From: a virus
Taxonomy: Duplodnaviria; Caudoviricetes
Reading direction: 5' to 3' (one strand)
Length of the DNA stretch: 57,049 bases
IMG/VR virus record: IMGVR_UViG_3300025048_000003
Location: 1-57,049 of that record
Shown: positions 56,368 to 57,049 of the stretch, piece by piece
How the letters are laid out: each line of letters begins with the position of its first letter
Position numbering within the stretch: the first letter of the stretch is position 1
Notes under the pieces: model-generated
The model's input: the letters and a program-made list of their open reading frames with translations, nothing else
Told to the model about the DNA's origin: nothing
Databases searched by the model: none
Position numbers and translations under genes: made by a program

Positions 56368-56682
56368 TCAGCGTTCTGACAATGATATGTCGTAACTGCT
56401 GAGTGTTTCGTAAAATTTAACGTAGTGATACATAGACCTTGACACTTCGGTAAGGCTGTTAGCTACACGCTCCACGGATATGCTGTCTTCCTTGAGTAAG
56501 TCTTCGACTAAACTCTCTGCGACATCAGGGAACTGAGGTAGATACTCTGATACATTTTTGCTTAGCCACACGTCAATGTCTGCTTCAAGTATATCGTCGC
56601 AAGCATACATGGCTGCTAGACGTTCTGCGTTTGATGGGTCTTTGTTTTCCAATACGATTTGGATTGCTTGTTCGTTAGTCAT
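56368..56682 (-). CDS. hypothetical protein
   Basis: 104 aa ORF. Confidence 0.65.
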   Translation of the reverse strand: MTNEQAIQIVLENKDPSNAERLAAMYACDDILEADIDVWLSKNVSEYLPQFPDVAESLVEDLLKEDSISVERVANSLTEVSRSMYHYVKFYETLSSYDISLSER

Positions 56683-56818
56683 ATGTAATGTTTAGTACCT
56701 GCTGTATGTTAATTCCTGTCTTCTCGGCGTATGCACCAGACGGGGTGTAGTATGTCTTGCCGTCTCGCTCATAACTCCAGAGCTGCTGTGTAATTTCAGA
56801 ATCCGTATTCCATCCCAT
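56675..56818 (-). CDS. 47 aa hypothetical protein (MGWNTDSEITQQLW...)
   Basis: Read by hand; fills the gap and overlaps both neighbours. Confidence 0.5.
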   Translation of the reverse strand: MGWNTDSEITQQLWSYERDGKTYYTPSGAYAEKTGINIQQVLNITYD

Positions 56819-56978
56819 CTTCGTATAGCTTTTTAAGTTTAATGTCTAGTGTTCCGTCGTAGTAGTCAGCTTCGGGGGATCTCATCACCTCCATGAATTC
56901 CATGAACAGCTTACGCCCATCGTTCTTCGTGTGTTCAGCTGACTGATTCGTATATATTGATATCCTTGGCTCGCTCAT
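56796..56978 (-). CDS. hypothetical protein
   Basis: 60 aa ORF in the operon. Confidence 0.55.
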   Translation of the reverse strand: MSEPRISIYTNQSAEHTKNDGRKLFMEFMEVMRSPEADYYDGTLDIKLKKLYEDGMEYGF

Positions 56979-57049
56979 TTGTTTCCGTTTTTAAAGAACC
57001 ATCCAAACTTGTTGTTAAACCAAGTCGGAAGTTCCACACTCATAAGCGT

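Noticed and set aside
1-57049. Stop-codon reassignment as in some crAss-like phages
   Set aside because: Long ORFs are intact in the standard code, TAG and TGA both end genes, and there is no suppressor tRNA.

Overview
The window is most of the genome of a tailed dsDNA phage with a crAss-like (podovirus-type) virion module. The host is very probably a Bacteroidota bacterium, because TAnnTTTG (-7) and TTTG (-33) promoter boxes recur throughout. There are three blocks. (1) Small leftward early-type genes at 1-3910, then a non-coding, hairpin-dense divergence region (3911-4780) with a perfect DnaA box. (2) A rightward block at 4781-48309: M15 endolysin, GroES-like protein, terminase, tRNA-Arg(UCU), portal, tail fibres, scaffold, major capsid protein, tail ring and muzzle proteins, three cargo/ejection proteins (one of 3216 aa), holin and a secreted M43 protease. 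(3) A leftward replication and recombination block at 48344-57049: class II RNR, resolvase, primase-helicase, SSB, RecE-like nuclease, annealing protein and a stand-alone DnaA-domain-IV-like protein. The strongest unannotated signals are non-coding. A complete type I hammerhead ribozyme (2396-2448, -) and a tRNA-mimic (1920-2000, -) bracket one signal-peptide gene, suggesting an RNA-encoded mRNA excision cassette. Other signals are an array of mini-hairpins, two paralogous micro-ORFs (GSKNYFNPRLK) differing only at synonymous sites, and six promoters with exact TAnnTTTG-N4-ATG (leaderless) spacing. All protein calls come from motif recognition and synteny by eye, not from database searches.
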